A stretch of 63,926 bases of DNA, filler included, from Intoshia linei (Eukaryota > Animalia > Orthonectida), in assembly GCA_001642005.1 (NCBI GenBank). It is 8 parts of 8 records of this genome, joined end to end, with 100 filler letters (N's around TTAATTAATTAA, not from the genome) between each part and the next. Parts side by side here need not be neighbours in the genome. Positions count along the whole stretch, not along the records: positions 8,924 to 17,553 come from LWCA01001437.1; positions 17,654 to 31,363 come from LWCA01001003.1; 6 more parts are not named here. One strand, written 5' to 3'. Below, in pieces: positions 14,583-27,118 of this stretch. The notes beneath the pieces were generated by a model that searched no databases, was not told the DNA's origin, and was given only the letters and a program-made list of their open reading frames with translations. The position numbers and the translations under genes were made by a program. Positions within the stretch are counted from its first letter, which is position 1; every line of letters starts with the position of its first letter.

Positions 14583-14687
14583 CGGTGGCGGCTCGTCATA
14601 GAGGGCTGCATCCCCTCCAGAATTTTTTAAATAATATCTAGTTTTTTTTGCATTCCCACCAATTATTTTATCTACGAGCCGTCACTG
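14583..14687. mobile_element. 105-bp hAT-type MITE
   Basis: TIRs CGGTGGCGGCTCGT / ACGAGCCGTCACTG; perfect 8-bp TSD TTCTCATG. Confidence 0.88.
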
Positions 14688-15376
14688 TTCTCATGTAAAT
14701 ATTTTATAAAAATTGATTTTTTTTAAAACATAACTTTTCAGTTGCATCTCTGGTAAAAAATTTTTTCTTGTGTATAATTTAACCAGTGTATCTCAAGTTG
14801 AGTAAAAGTAAAATTTATTTGAGTAAAGTTCAATTTTAATTTATATAAGAATATTAACAATGCAGTGGCCACTTCAAACTAAATTAAAATAAAAAATTTT
14901 TCCCAAATAAACAAACTTCAATTTTTTATATGAACATAAACATGAACAAAATATAATGTAACTTAAAGTTGATACCTAAAATTTTTCAAAGTGTGAAACA
15001 CCTTAATATTTATTAAACTGCATTGTAGTTGCTCGTTTCCGGAATGAAAGTACCGGACAAATATTATGAAAGCGTTAAAAGGCTCGACGATAATCATGAA
15101 CAGAGAGACTTATTGAAAGTAATATACAGTATAATTATCATACATATGCTAAAGAACGCATTTTTAATAAATATACAATACACTTAGATTGGAAAATTGA
15201 AAATGTTAAATTTTGGAAAATATTTACGACATAGATATATCGTCAATCACAAGATATTATCTGGTATATACAAGCCTGGCGAAGTAATTGAAATATACCA
15301 AAATATTTAATTTAACATAGCATTAGAATTTCAATATTACCAAAAATGTTAAAATGCATTTTTAAAAGCACTTTAA

Positions 15377-15498
15377 CCCTTTGAGACATTTCGACGCATT
15401 TTTGCGTCAATTGATGTAATCATATAAATTATTTGTTGTGTATTTTAACGCATTTTGAAAATGTCGGTTAAATAATTAATTAGTTAATGTCTCAAAAG
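15377..15498. mobile_element. piggyBac-type MITE, second family
   Basis: TTAA|CCCTTTGAGACATT ... AATGTCTCAAAAG|TTAA; related copy at about 62254-62482. Confidence 0.65.
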
Positions 15499-15714
15499 TT
15501 AAAGCATAGGTTCGCAAATTTTTTCTATGTACTTAGTAAAATAAGTAATGAACTATTTCATCGACTATCTCAATACTTGAACCGTGTCGTATTTAATAAA
15601 GATATGGTTAAACTCTTTTAATTTGCACAAAATATTTGCTTCCACGTGTAATAACCTATGGTTATTAACCATATTTAAGAATATTCTAATTTATATGAAT
15701 AGTGGGAGATGTAG

Positions 15715-15905
15715 CTATAGAACCTCTGTAAAACATATATTTGTGTAACCGTGATAATAACGTCGTAATTTTTTATTTCATAAATTAATTATAAATTTAT
15801 TTTCTATAATAATTGTAATGTAACTAAATTCTATAGTTTAACAAGTTATACACTGTAACTTGTTATAACACACATTTTTACGTACGTTATATAGAGGTTC
15901 TACTG
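15715..15905. mobile_element. Tc1/pogo-like MITE
   Basis: Imperfect TIRs TAGAACCTCTGT / ATAGAGGTTCTACTG; related end near 50110. Confidence 0.55.
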
Positions 15906-15997
15906 CAGCCACGTCAAACTGCGGCCCGTTTTAAATTTAATAATTAAATTTGTACGACCCGCCGTGATTTTGTATATGTATAATATACTATATATAC

Positions 15998-16280
15998 CAA
16001 GGGTCGGCAACCAGTGGCCCACATAATAATGTTTGTGGCCCTTTGAGTAAATGTGTAAAATATTTATTTTTCAATTTTTAAACACTTTTCTACCATAACT
16101 GGCTGATTTTCATTCTGAAATTTCAGATCCTCCTGGATATTATTTTGTTAAATATACTAGAACCGTTTCTCTTCAGTTAAAATTGAAATTTATCATGTGT
16201 AAATTTTCAAAAACGGAACCCGTATAATTTTTTGATAAAAAAAAGTAGCCAACGAGACGCAAAAGGTTGCCGATCCCTTA
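15998..16280. mobile_element. hAT-type MITE
   Basis: TIRs CAAGGGTCGGCAACC / GGTTGCCGATCCCTTA in a TA-rich target. Confidence 0.7.
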
Positions 16281-19116
16281 TATATAAGTATATAATATAT
16301 AAATTTAAATTATAATATTTAAATTATTAAATATTCAAAAATAAATTTTTTATCGTTTCTATCGGTCCTAAACTTCGCCAAAATCACATTAACTGATATT
16401 AATGACACTATTATACTAACCCCTACGAGACTATACTGATTTTCAAAATTGAAAGCGAAAAATTTCACTTTTAAAATGTTAAAAAACACTAAAATTTAAA
16501 GCTTAAAATTCACAAATTTGAATTGTCATTGATTTATAAATTGAACAACTTAAATTTGGATTTAAAGATTTATAATTTAAATAAAGATAATTTTAAGGAT
16601 ATTACATGTTATTGTATGAGCAGTAATTTGTTCATAATTTATATTGGTACCGCCTTATTTTGGTTTGTATACATGCAATTGTCGTGTAAGGGCTAAGTCA
16701 CAAAATTAAAATTCTAGTTTTATAATTCGAATATTACTTTAAAAATTAATTTTGCGAAATGGTACAAAACCAAATAAAAAATTAATCTCTTATAGTTTTC
16801 TGGATAAAATTAATACAAAATAACGACGAAGAAAAAACTCGACAATTTTACTACGTACTCTCCCATGATACGATTATCTTTTGTTTTATTAGTATAATTA
16901 TTGTTTATTATTTATTTTCTTTTACTTTTTTTATGGCTTATCTTTTTAATATAATTTATTATGAATCTGAATGCTTTAAGTGCTAAAAACCCAGAAAATT
17001 AGCAAATTTCCCAATAAATGTGACAGCCTAATTTACATTATACATAAATAAATGTAATAATAAATTCATTTACAATGTAATATTAATCTGTAATGGTTAA
17101 TTTATTCAACAATAAATCAGATACTGGTCATAATTTACGTATCGAACAAAAAAAATTACTGGAAATTATCATGTACGAAACAACCGTAGTATGGGAAGTT
17201 AATCAAATCTTTTTATTCACTCTATTACAATTGACATGTAACATTAAGCAACTGAAAATGTATTCCAATATATATTTTGCATACTTATATCTATTAATAA
17301 TGCAAAATAGGTTTACGTCGGCTCTGAAAATGTCCAATGCTCTATTAAATCTGCACATTTTGTAACTCATTCGCTATTTCCGAACACTGGGAATAAAACA
17401 TACGGAAAATACGACATTGTTCCAATTCATGTCTATCCAAAAATTAACGATTTTGTACATTTTAAACCCATTTATATTATTTACATATTACATATACATT
17501 GCGTTCCAAGTTATTATGCAAACATTAAAAACATTAATAATTTAAAAAGTAGTNNNNNNNNNNNNNNNNNNNNNNNNNNNNNNNNNNNNNNNNNNNNTTA
17601 ATTAATTAANNNNNNNNNNNNNNNNNNNNNNNNNNNNNNNNNNNNNNNNNNNNTGTGTCCTACGTAGTTCAATCGTTTTATTTAATTTATTCATTAATTC
17701 GCAATTTGTGTACTTGATTTTTAATCATTCTTCGTTAACCCTCGTGCTAATATTTTTTTATATTCTAGACCCGGGGTGCACAACGTACGGTCGCATGCGG
17801 CCCAAGAGCGTTTATTTGCGGCCGTGGGTAATTTTCTCATTTAATATTTCATAATGAATAATTGGCCATTTTCTCAAAATAGATTTAAAATTTCTCAGTG
17901 TCAAAGTAAATTTAAGAATTATTTATACAAATTTTAACAAAATAATCTTAAGTGCTAATAATTAACTTAAATTTAATTTTTAACATTTAAATTTAACTCC
18001 ACAAAAACACTTACTTACTATTTATTTATTTAATAGGTTATTTGTGATATTATTTATCTTAAACGATTACGGTGATTTTATTCTAATATAAATAAATTTA
18101 ATTCAAGTTCACTTCAATTTAATTCCATTCATATCGACATAATGCAAGTCATCTTACTAATATCGACATAATTGTTACATCGCATTTCATCCAATGTATA
18201 AATATTACTTTCAAATTAAATATGATTTGTTTTTTTCTTTTGTTAATTTTAGTAGGTACAGAATTTTTTGGTTTTGCAACATTCGAATCTAAAAATAAAA
18301 TAAATCAATAAATAATTTTTTTTTAATTTGAATAAAATATGAAATAAATTAACCAATATTTGTGATAGAGTCTAGCACCAACAAACGCAAACTATTTAAT
18401 GAATCACTGGAAGGATCAGTATCCTAGAATAAACATTTTTAATTAATAAAATATATCTCAATATTTTAAGTGTCAACAAATTAACATACAATCATCATAA
18501 ATAATTTAATTAGTGAAAAAATACACCAACGCGTTGATTTAAAAATTTCAAATATACAAATAAAATACACGGTAATTTAATTCAAAACTACATGTATATT
18601 AGTATTCTCTCAACAATTGCCTGCTATTGTATTAACAAAGAGGAGAAAGGTATGCAACAATGTAGAATTATTATACTGTTTCTCTAATACACTAAATTAT
18701 GTCAAATCAAGCCATTTCCAACATATCGGATTGTATGGAGCCCATTTTCATATTAAAATATATGGTAATTTTTCTGAAATACAATTCAATGATTATTCCT
18801 TCAAAATTGTAGAAAGATAAATAATAGACATTGATATAACTTAATTTAATTCTGATACGTAAATAACTAGAAATATTGGGTCTCATAGAAGTATGCTATG
18901 ACTAGCACTACATTGGTAAACAATACCTATTACAGCACATAAATTTACATATATACTTAAAATAAATTTACATCATTTAATACCAGTTTTCTTTGTTGAT
19001 TAGCTAAAAAGTAATCAAACGAATCAATTTTTAACAAAATAACCTCTCATCTTTAAAATGTGGCCTAGTTAATCAATTTGAATAAACTTTTATTTATAAT
19101 GAGATTATTCAGACAA

Positions 19117-22045
19117 ATGGGACAAAATGAAAGCAAAACAAGACTTCAAATTGAAAATGGAATACGTACTGGTCGAGTCAACTGTGCAAATAAAAGACTA
19201 CGCCAAGTAGACCAAATTATATTTTCATTTTTAATCTCTTATAGTCTAACATAAATTTAATTCTGTTTAGATACCTCCAATTGTAATTGAAAGTGCAAAT
19301 CGTATTGTATCTATAGATTTATGCAATAATAACATTAAAAGAGTTGACGAACTTGTTCATTTTGTTAAAGTTAATATTGTAGATATATGCGAGAATGATA
19401 TTGGTACTTTTTAATCGCAAATCAAAAATCAATGGGTTAATTCTTTATAACTTCGAAAACAGGCGTTATCAACTTTTTATATCCAATGGTCCCTGCATTA
19501 AAAGGATTTTGTATGACCGTACAAAAATTAATATAAAATTTTTTAAGTAATCAATTTTAATGAGACCTTGTTGAAGGGCTCTAAGAGAAACGGAAATAAA
19601 GACCTATAAACCTATGAGCTTGTGTGACTGTTGGATTTGTTTAAAAGTAGATTCTGGGATATTTTTTAAAGTCATAAGCATTATCATAAATGGCAACCTC
19701 AAGAAAGATGATAATTTTCACGATCAAAACCCAGATTACCTTTTTTTTAAAATGAAAACAGCCCTAAAATTTCAAAAAAATACTGATGATACAGTTATAT
19801 CCTGTTAACACATAAAAAATTCAATCTAATGAAGTGACGCCTTCACGGTCAAAAAAGCACTTTAGTATTTATTTTATTAACATTTGTAAAACAAAAAATT
19901 TGAAATAATTAACGCTCCTACAATTAAAAAAAGAAGATTATTCTGATAGAGCTTATTCCAGTTGATATAAATACAAAATTTCAACCTCAGAAATCTACGC
20001 ATTCCCGGTGAAAAATAATTTTTAATATATTATCAACCAATATTTTTCAAATATTTCGATTAAAATAAAAATTGAGCTAGATGCATTTTGTACGTAGTAG
20101 ATAACAGTCAACCTCGTTATATAATAAATAATTATTTTGATAAATTTTTGTTTTTTTTAAATTTGAATCAACCCTTTATATTAAAAATGTAGTTTTTAAT
20201 TAAAGTTAATGTATTTATGTATTTCAGATGAATTACCGGAAAAGATTGATAAAATGAATTTAATTAAAAAATTTTTATGTGATAACAATAAATTGTCCAA
20301 ACTTCCCACCTCATTTTGTAATCTTGATAATCTTACACATCTTACGTTGAACAACAATATTTTTGATAAAATTCCTATTGCTTTAAACAACCTTGAAATA
20401 TTAGGCTATTTATCATTAAATAACAATAATATACGATCAATGGGAAACTACATTTCATTACCTCAATTATATGAATTATCTCTTCAAAATAACAAGGTTC
20501 GTTGCATTTAATCAGGAGTACCGATTCAGGACCATGTAGAGCCAAAAGTGAGCCGGTTAGATGAAAATTATGGGCCCTATATGTGATTGTTTTATTACAA
20601 TTTTATTAAATGTTGGTTCTTCTAACCATTATTCAACGCAGCGGTAGCCAAAATTTTTTTCAGAACTACCCTTTCTAGAGTAAAAAAATGAGTAAAAATA
20701 AAAATGTAAAATAAAATGAAAAGAAATCAAAGATGTAAGAGTAAAAATATCCCATTGTAAGAAAATATTTATATCGTGACCTATTAATTTATAATAGTTG
20801 GATCAGCCATATGGCCTCTACCCCTCTCAACAACCATATTTAATATACGTCAAAGATTTTCAACCGTTTTGTGATATGGTTAATATAATAATTTTTTGAA
20901 TTAGTAAAAATTTTAACACTTAGCCTTTAAAATCATTATATTGTGGCCAGTCAATACACATTAGTACCACACTGTATTGAGTTGATAACTATTATTTCGT
21001 ATTACTAAACATTCGAGGCTACTTCAAATTTGTTTTGAACACTATGAATTGGAAAAACATTATTATAATCTTAGATCCGCAAAATTCCAGATTGGCTATG
21101 CGACCTCAAACGTCTCAAAAATTTACGTTTGGATCATAACCGAATTACTGAAACTAGCATTTCACCCAAAGTTTTTAAAGATTCAAATATATCACTTTTA
21201 TCTTTGGAAGGAAATTTAAAGTTGAACGAAAAAGAGCTTCACCATATTGATGGATACGATGAGGTTTTTAAAATTTTTCAAGATTAGTAGATTTACTATT
21301 ATAATCAGGGATTGAAATTAATTGATTGCAACCAATTTAATTACAATAAATTGGTTTTTTAAATATAAAAAAATTTTAATTAATTGAAGATTGATAACAA
21401 TATCATAATCATTTTTAAAAAACTGTCATGTAGTTATAATAAATATATTAGGATGCTGTTTTTTCGAAGTATATAACAGTCAAGTTAGTAGGTTAAATAA
21501 ATCATTTTTCTGGTGACAAACGCATTTCTATTTTTCTAAAATTGTATAGAATAATGAAAAGTTGTTAATATTTTATTATACTATCAAACTATTTTATTTG
21601 CAAAATATTTTCATATTACATTGTATTTATTTGATTTCTTCCTTTGAATTTGGAAATAAAATTGTTTCTGGAATTAAATAAAGCATGGTGGGACTGCGAT
21701 ACGCTATAACGAGTGTTGACAGTGTCAACTTGACATCTTAATATTGTATTATTATAAATTATAGTATATAATTATTAAATTTAATTTTTAAAGTACATAA
21801 AAAAAATTTAATTATATCTTTTATCCAACCATTCGTCAATAAAAGGATTCAATTTATATTTTTTCAGTTATATTAAAAAACTAATTAATTGAAAATTATA
21901 TTTTCATTTTTCAATTAATTGCAATTATTTCCGATCCCTAATTACAATTACATTATTATAAATCTTTTAATAAAAAATATAAAATTGTACATCATATTTA
22001 TAGTATCTTAAACGATATGCTGCACAAAAGCGTAAATTGGATTAA
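19117..22045 (+). CDS. LRRC57: Leucine-rich repeat protein 57
   Basis: Five exons: MGQNESKTRLQIENGIRTG (N-myristoylation-like MG start), LRR exons 19271-about 19403, about 20229-20496 and 21075-21263 (...FKDSNISLLSLEGN...IDGYDE), last exon 22004-22045 [13 protein letters not shown], matching the LRRC57 C-terminal pattern GYDxYxxRxxAxKxK. Confidence 0.88.
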
Positions 22046-25000
22046 TATAAAGGAAACATTTTATCGCCAAATTTACTCCATGATTCCAAACCACCGACAA
22101 TGTTGATAGCTTTAAAACTCAAATTTAATGAATTTAAAAATCTTGCAGCAATTCTTGATGCATTTCCACGTCGGCAAATTATGTACACTACATTTTATTT
22201 TTAATTTATAAAATTTTATTACTTTTATCTTTATCCTTTATTTGTTCAATTTTTTCTTGTTTCATTTTCAATAAATCTCCGAGAAAGATGTCTAAATGTA
22301 TAACATGACGCAAGATTTAAAAATTTTAATTTTTTAATTAAATACTTTTAGATTTTTCAATGCGGCAAATTAGGTATTCGTTTGGTGGACGAACGTCGAT
22401 AATGATATCGTCGTTATTATTTTTTATATATTGCTAAATTTATTTACAATTGAATATTTAGTATAAACTTGAACAGATATGTTGAAATCATCATCAATTG
22501 TGGGGATAGGTTCCTAAATGTACATTGTACAATGATTTAAGTTTGATTAAATTGAGTTTATATACGATTAAAATTTACACATTGACAGAGAGAAGTGTAG
22601 TCGATTTTGAGGGGTTCTGGTGATGAACAAGAATTGCAGAGATTGCTACGCTTTCGCAAATTAATTTTACGAAAACTCATTAGCATTGAATCAAATAAAA
22701 GCATTTGTTCATGCAAAACTTCTACATAAAAATGTATATAAATAAATTTGATTAACAATTTACCTCCCATTCCTGTACACATCTTTATAACTTCTAGGGC
22801 TTGTAACATGCCGATTATACAAGGTACTAAATTTTTAATTAAATTTGTAAGGTAACTTTCTACTAACTTTATAACTAACTACGCCTATTACTGTCTTAAA
22901 TAAACAGACATACATTTTTAACTAAATTACTTTATATAAGAACTAGCTTGACTGATGTACTACGTACAAACAGCACCTAGCTCTGCTGAGGGTATACCCA
23001 AATAATAAATTTATGTTGAAAATTTAATTTAAAAATCCTATTATTCACTATTATCAATCATTTAAAGGAGTGGTTCCCAAACTTGTTTCAGGTGGAACCA
23101 TCATATCACATTACTTTTTGTTTTACATTACATTCTTTAAAGTGAATTATTCCATCTTAATTTTTTGTTTGTTAACATTTGCGTAAAGGAATTTTAAAAA
23201 CAATTTTTTATCCCATTTTTTTAATTTATTAGACGTAAATGTGTATAATAATAAAAATAAAGTAAAAACAGTTCAATCCTAAAAATTGTCATAAATAGCA
23301 TAAATTCCAGAAAAAATATAATTATAAAAATCCTAAAAATTGTCATAAATAGCATAAATTCCAGAAAAAATAAAATTATAAACTATTTTGTTATTTTGAG
23401 TGTGATGATATATATTCAGAGTCAATTTAATAAATTTGACGATATATATTCAGTGTCAATTTAATAAATTTGTTGATATAAATACAAAATGAGATATTAA
23501 AACTCGTTTTTGACAAGAAATATGATGATTTCTGAGGTTAAAATATTTTCTATAGGTAAATTGGAATAAACTATATCAGACTAATCTCTTTTCATTATAG
23601 GATCGTTAATTAATTAATAATTTGCGAATAAAAAATGGACGTTCATTTCGGAAATTGGTATTTTTTTTATTATGTTGACTAGAAATGGACGTTGGAATTT
23701 ATTTTTCATTTTTGAATATAATTAGTAATTTGGGTTTTGACCAAGATATCGCAACTTTGGAAGAGTGACATTTATCTTAATTTATGTACCGGAAAAACTG
23801 GATTAGATTGTTTTTAAATTTAATAAACTCAGTTTCCTAAATATAGTGTTACACATGCACGTTTTTATTAATTTTTACTTTACAAATCAATATTTTTTAT
23901 CCAAACAAGTAATAATGAATATTTTAAAATTTGCATAATATAATAATATTTTATAAATTAATAGATTTGAATTTTACCAACACCGAGAACTCCAGCACTA
24001 GCACAGGTCTCATTTCTATCTATTTTTCTAACCGGATGTATACATCGAAAACAAGGTGAATTTTGATAATTATACACCGTCAACTAAAATGATTGATCAA
24101 CATCTATATAAATAAAAAACATTCAAACCCTTTTACCTGTCCGTATAAACTTAACGCAGCACCAGATACAATTGGCTTTGCCAACGAAACACAAATATCA
24201 TTCAATACATATCTCGCTATTAAATTGTCTGTCGCATCAATAATTACATCATAACTATTAAGAAATTACTAATAATTAAAATATGAATACTTTTTGAATA
24301 TATTAATAGATTCGGCATCACAATGAGTTAGTTTCATGTTGTGTTTAATGATATTAATAGAAGAATTTAGTCTAAAAGGTTTAAATATAATGTCGTAGTC
24401 ATCATTCTTTAGACAGGGTTGCAAATCTCAGGCAAGTAGATCTTTCTTTGGATGTGATAATTAAAAAATTTACCTTTCCAAATTCGAACATAGAGAGTCT
24501 GTCTTTAATTCACCGATATTTACTTCAGAATGGAAAATTTGACGATGTAAATTAGATAATTCTACGATATCATAATCGAATACTCCAATTGTACCTAATT
24601 TATGTATACAATTTTTTGGATTAAAATGTCAAATCAAAAATATTATATCATTCGACAGCAAATTAAATGGGTCTCATTTTATATATGCTTAGTTTGAAAT
24701 TTTAAAAATGGAATAGTTCAAATGTACATGTAACGGATTGTTAATCAAAATAGTCAACAAAACATGGTAAGCCCATCAACGGAATTACAAACATAGAAAT
24801 CCATATAAATTTGATAGTTTTTAATAAATATAAATTTAATATTTTATTATATACATAAGATTGACCCCTTAATTTACTTTTTTCGTTAGATTAGTACAGT
24901 GGTTCCCAAAATTTTTCCACCATGGACCACTTGTCACAGAAAAAAATCTCCTTAATCCTGAACACGTCACTAAGATAACATTTTAATTTTTTTATTATAT

Positions 25001-26939
25001 ATTGCTCCTTAAATCGAATTAAAGTATTTATTGTTAGTAAACTCATTTTTTAATACAAATATAATTTTTAGATAATGTTTAATTAAAAAAATCATTAGTT
25101 CAGTTGTAAAAATAAATTTTACTTATTATTAGTAGTATTGTATTAAATTTTACAATTTACATTTTATTGCAATTTAACCTTTAATTTAAAGGTTTTATCT
25201 GCTGTTTATGCAGTTTTAAATTCTCAATCTAGCCAATTTTTTCCAAATCCCAAGAATATCGAGTTATAGAGAGAATACGGTAGTTGTAAATGCAAAATTT
25301 GTAATTTGCGTAGTAGTAAAAAAATTATTACATTATGTTTGGAAATTTAATTTAATTTGTAAAAAAATTAACTCCCTTATTCAAAAAATATCAGAATATT
25401 GATTCAACGTGTCTGAAATACTGCTAAAAGTATGTCTAATTTAATAAAAATTAAATTGAAAGCATATTTTGGCTGTACATTTGTATAATACAATTCATAA
25501 TTATAAGACATGTAAGAAACATCCAAATTCGATCTGTTTGAGGGCTTGCTCAATTGAGAATTTAATTGAAATATTTTGTATTTTCAAATTACATTTTATT
25601 TTATCGTTTTTTTAAATAAATCGGGGTCCTAATTTGGTGACCAGTGCAGTGGCATGATATATAACGTTGATTATATATTAATAATTATTTAATTGGTTAT
25701 ATTAATTAAATGTGTCATTGTAGATGTTGAAAAAAATTCATATGTATATTATGAAAAAAAAACAAAATTTATCACCAATCCCAGCACCAGCTAAAATGCT
25801 AGCAGCACTAGTTCCTAATCCGCCACATCCCACTATACATACACTGGATTTTTTTAACTTTTGTTGAGCTAAATGCAATAAATATAAATATAATAAAATA
25901 ACAATATTAGTTACATTGTGGACCAAAATCCTTTAAAATAATTTGACGTCCGTATCGATGTGTCTCGTAATTAGATAACATGGCAAATGGGTGAATTTTA
26001 TTTGATAAATGATTCATTTCATCTATAGAGTTTAGCTTCTAATATATATAATAATATACAATTGTTCTCAAGTGTTGAAAAGTCTCGTGCAGTGGCAGTG
26101 ATTTGACAAGATATTTTTATTCTTATATTATTGTATATTTTTTGGAAAGAAAGGAATGATAATTTTTGTCTTATTTAAATCGTTGAATTCACGGTTAAAA
26201 GTTATTTAACTAATTTTTTGTTTAGATTATATCTGGAGTCCAAATATACAATGTATATTATACATAGGTTTTAAATTATTGAAATTAATTTTTGATATAC
26301 ACATGTAATATGTAAATAATACTCCCTCTGTTCCGATTAATACTGTTTTTGGTGAACTTTAAGTTTTATTAATTTTAATACCACCTAATAGCCCCGACAT
26401 GAACGTATTGGATCTCGGGTTCTTCAACGCCACCCAATCCGTTCAACATCAGTATTGTCCGAAGACTATTGACGAATTGATTAGCTGCGCGAGTAATGCT
26501 TTTAATGAGCTACACCCAGATAAGTTGGACAATGTTTTTTTTACGCTTCAGAAATGTATGGAGTAGATGATGCTTGTGAAAAAAGGAAATGAGTAAAAGC
26601 TACCGCATATCGGCAAAGCAAGGCTTCGCAACAATGGTACTCTACCAGTATCCCTACCTTGCAAACCAGAAGCGATCCTTACGGCTCAGAAAAATATTAA
26701 TGAGCATACCCTGTAAAATTAAAGACTTCTTATCTTAAATAAAATGTAGTTTTGTTTAATAAATGTTAAAATTAGTTTCAATAGTATTTATAAATGTTTT
26801 TCAATGATGATATAAAAGTTTAGAAATGTAAACATTATTTCGGAACAGAGGGAGTATATATTATCATTTTTACCTCTTCTAGTTGATTAAGTCTCCTTTT
26901 GAGTTGTTCAATCTCATTCAAAATACTCTTACGATTCAT
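22042..26939 (-). CDS. MOCS3: Adenylyltransferase/sulfurtransferase MOCS3 (UBA4)
   Basis: Coiled-coil start; RYGRQIIL; IVGCGGLG; D[10 protein letters not shown]; [16 protein letters not shown]; PCFRCIHP; GVLGV; rhodanese end [10 protein letters not shown]...[19 protein letters not shown]; about 13 GT-AG exons. Confidence 0.93.
22942..23830 (-). mobile_element. Helitron-like copy in a MOCS3 intron with internal tandem duplications
   Basis: 3' end on minus strand: hairpin GCTGTTTGTAC-GTA-GTACATCAGTC then CTAG|T; about 54-bp and 35-bp tandem duplications at about 23275-23480. Confidence 0.7.
26322..26854 (+). mobile_element. Internally deleted DD39D (plant-mariner/Stowaway-type) transposon in MOCS3 intron 1
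   Basis: TA|CTCCCTCTGTTCCGA ... TCGGAACAGAGGGAG|TA perfect 15-bp TIRs; remnant [22 protein letters not shown]...KTIDELI...[13 protein letters not shown]...[10 protein letters not shown]. Confidence 0.9.
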
Positions 26940-27118
26940 ATTTATAGTAATAATTAAAAACTATATGTATAACAAAATATATAAATGAAAAATGCAATTA
27001 ATGATAATATATATTTTAATTTAAATATAACTTCATTATCTGTGCATTATTACGAGTTCGCAATACATTATACATTAGGGTGGTTCAAAAAAATAATTTT
27101 AAAAGTACTTTTGAGTAT

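Noticed and set aside
17093-18820. ORFs 17093-17365 and 18617-18820
   Set aside because: No homology recognised and no coherent exon chain on either strand; left uncalled.
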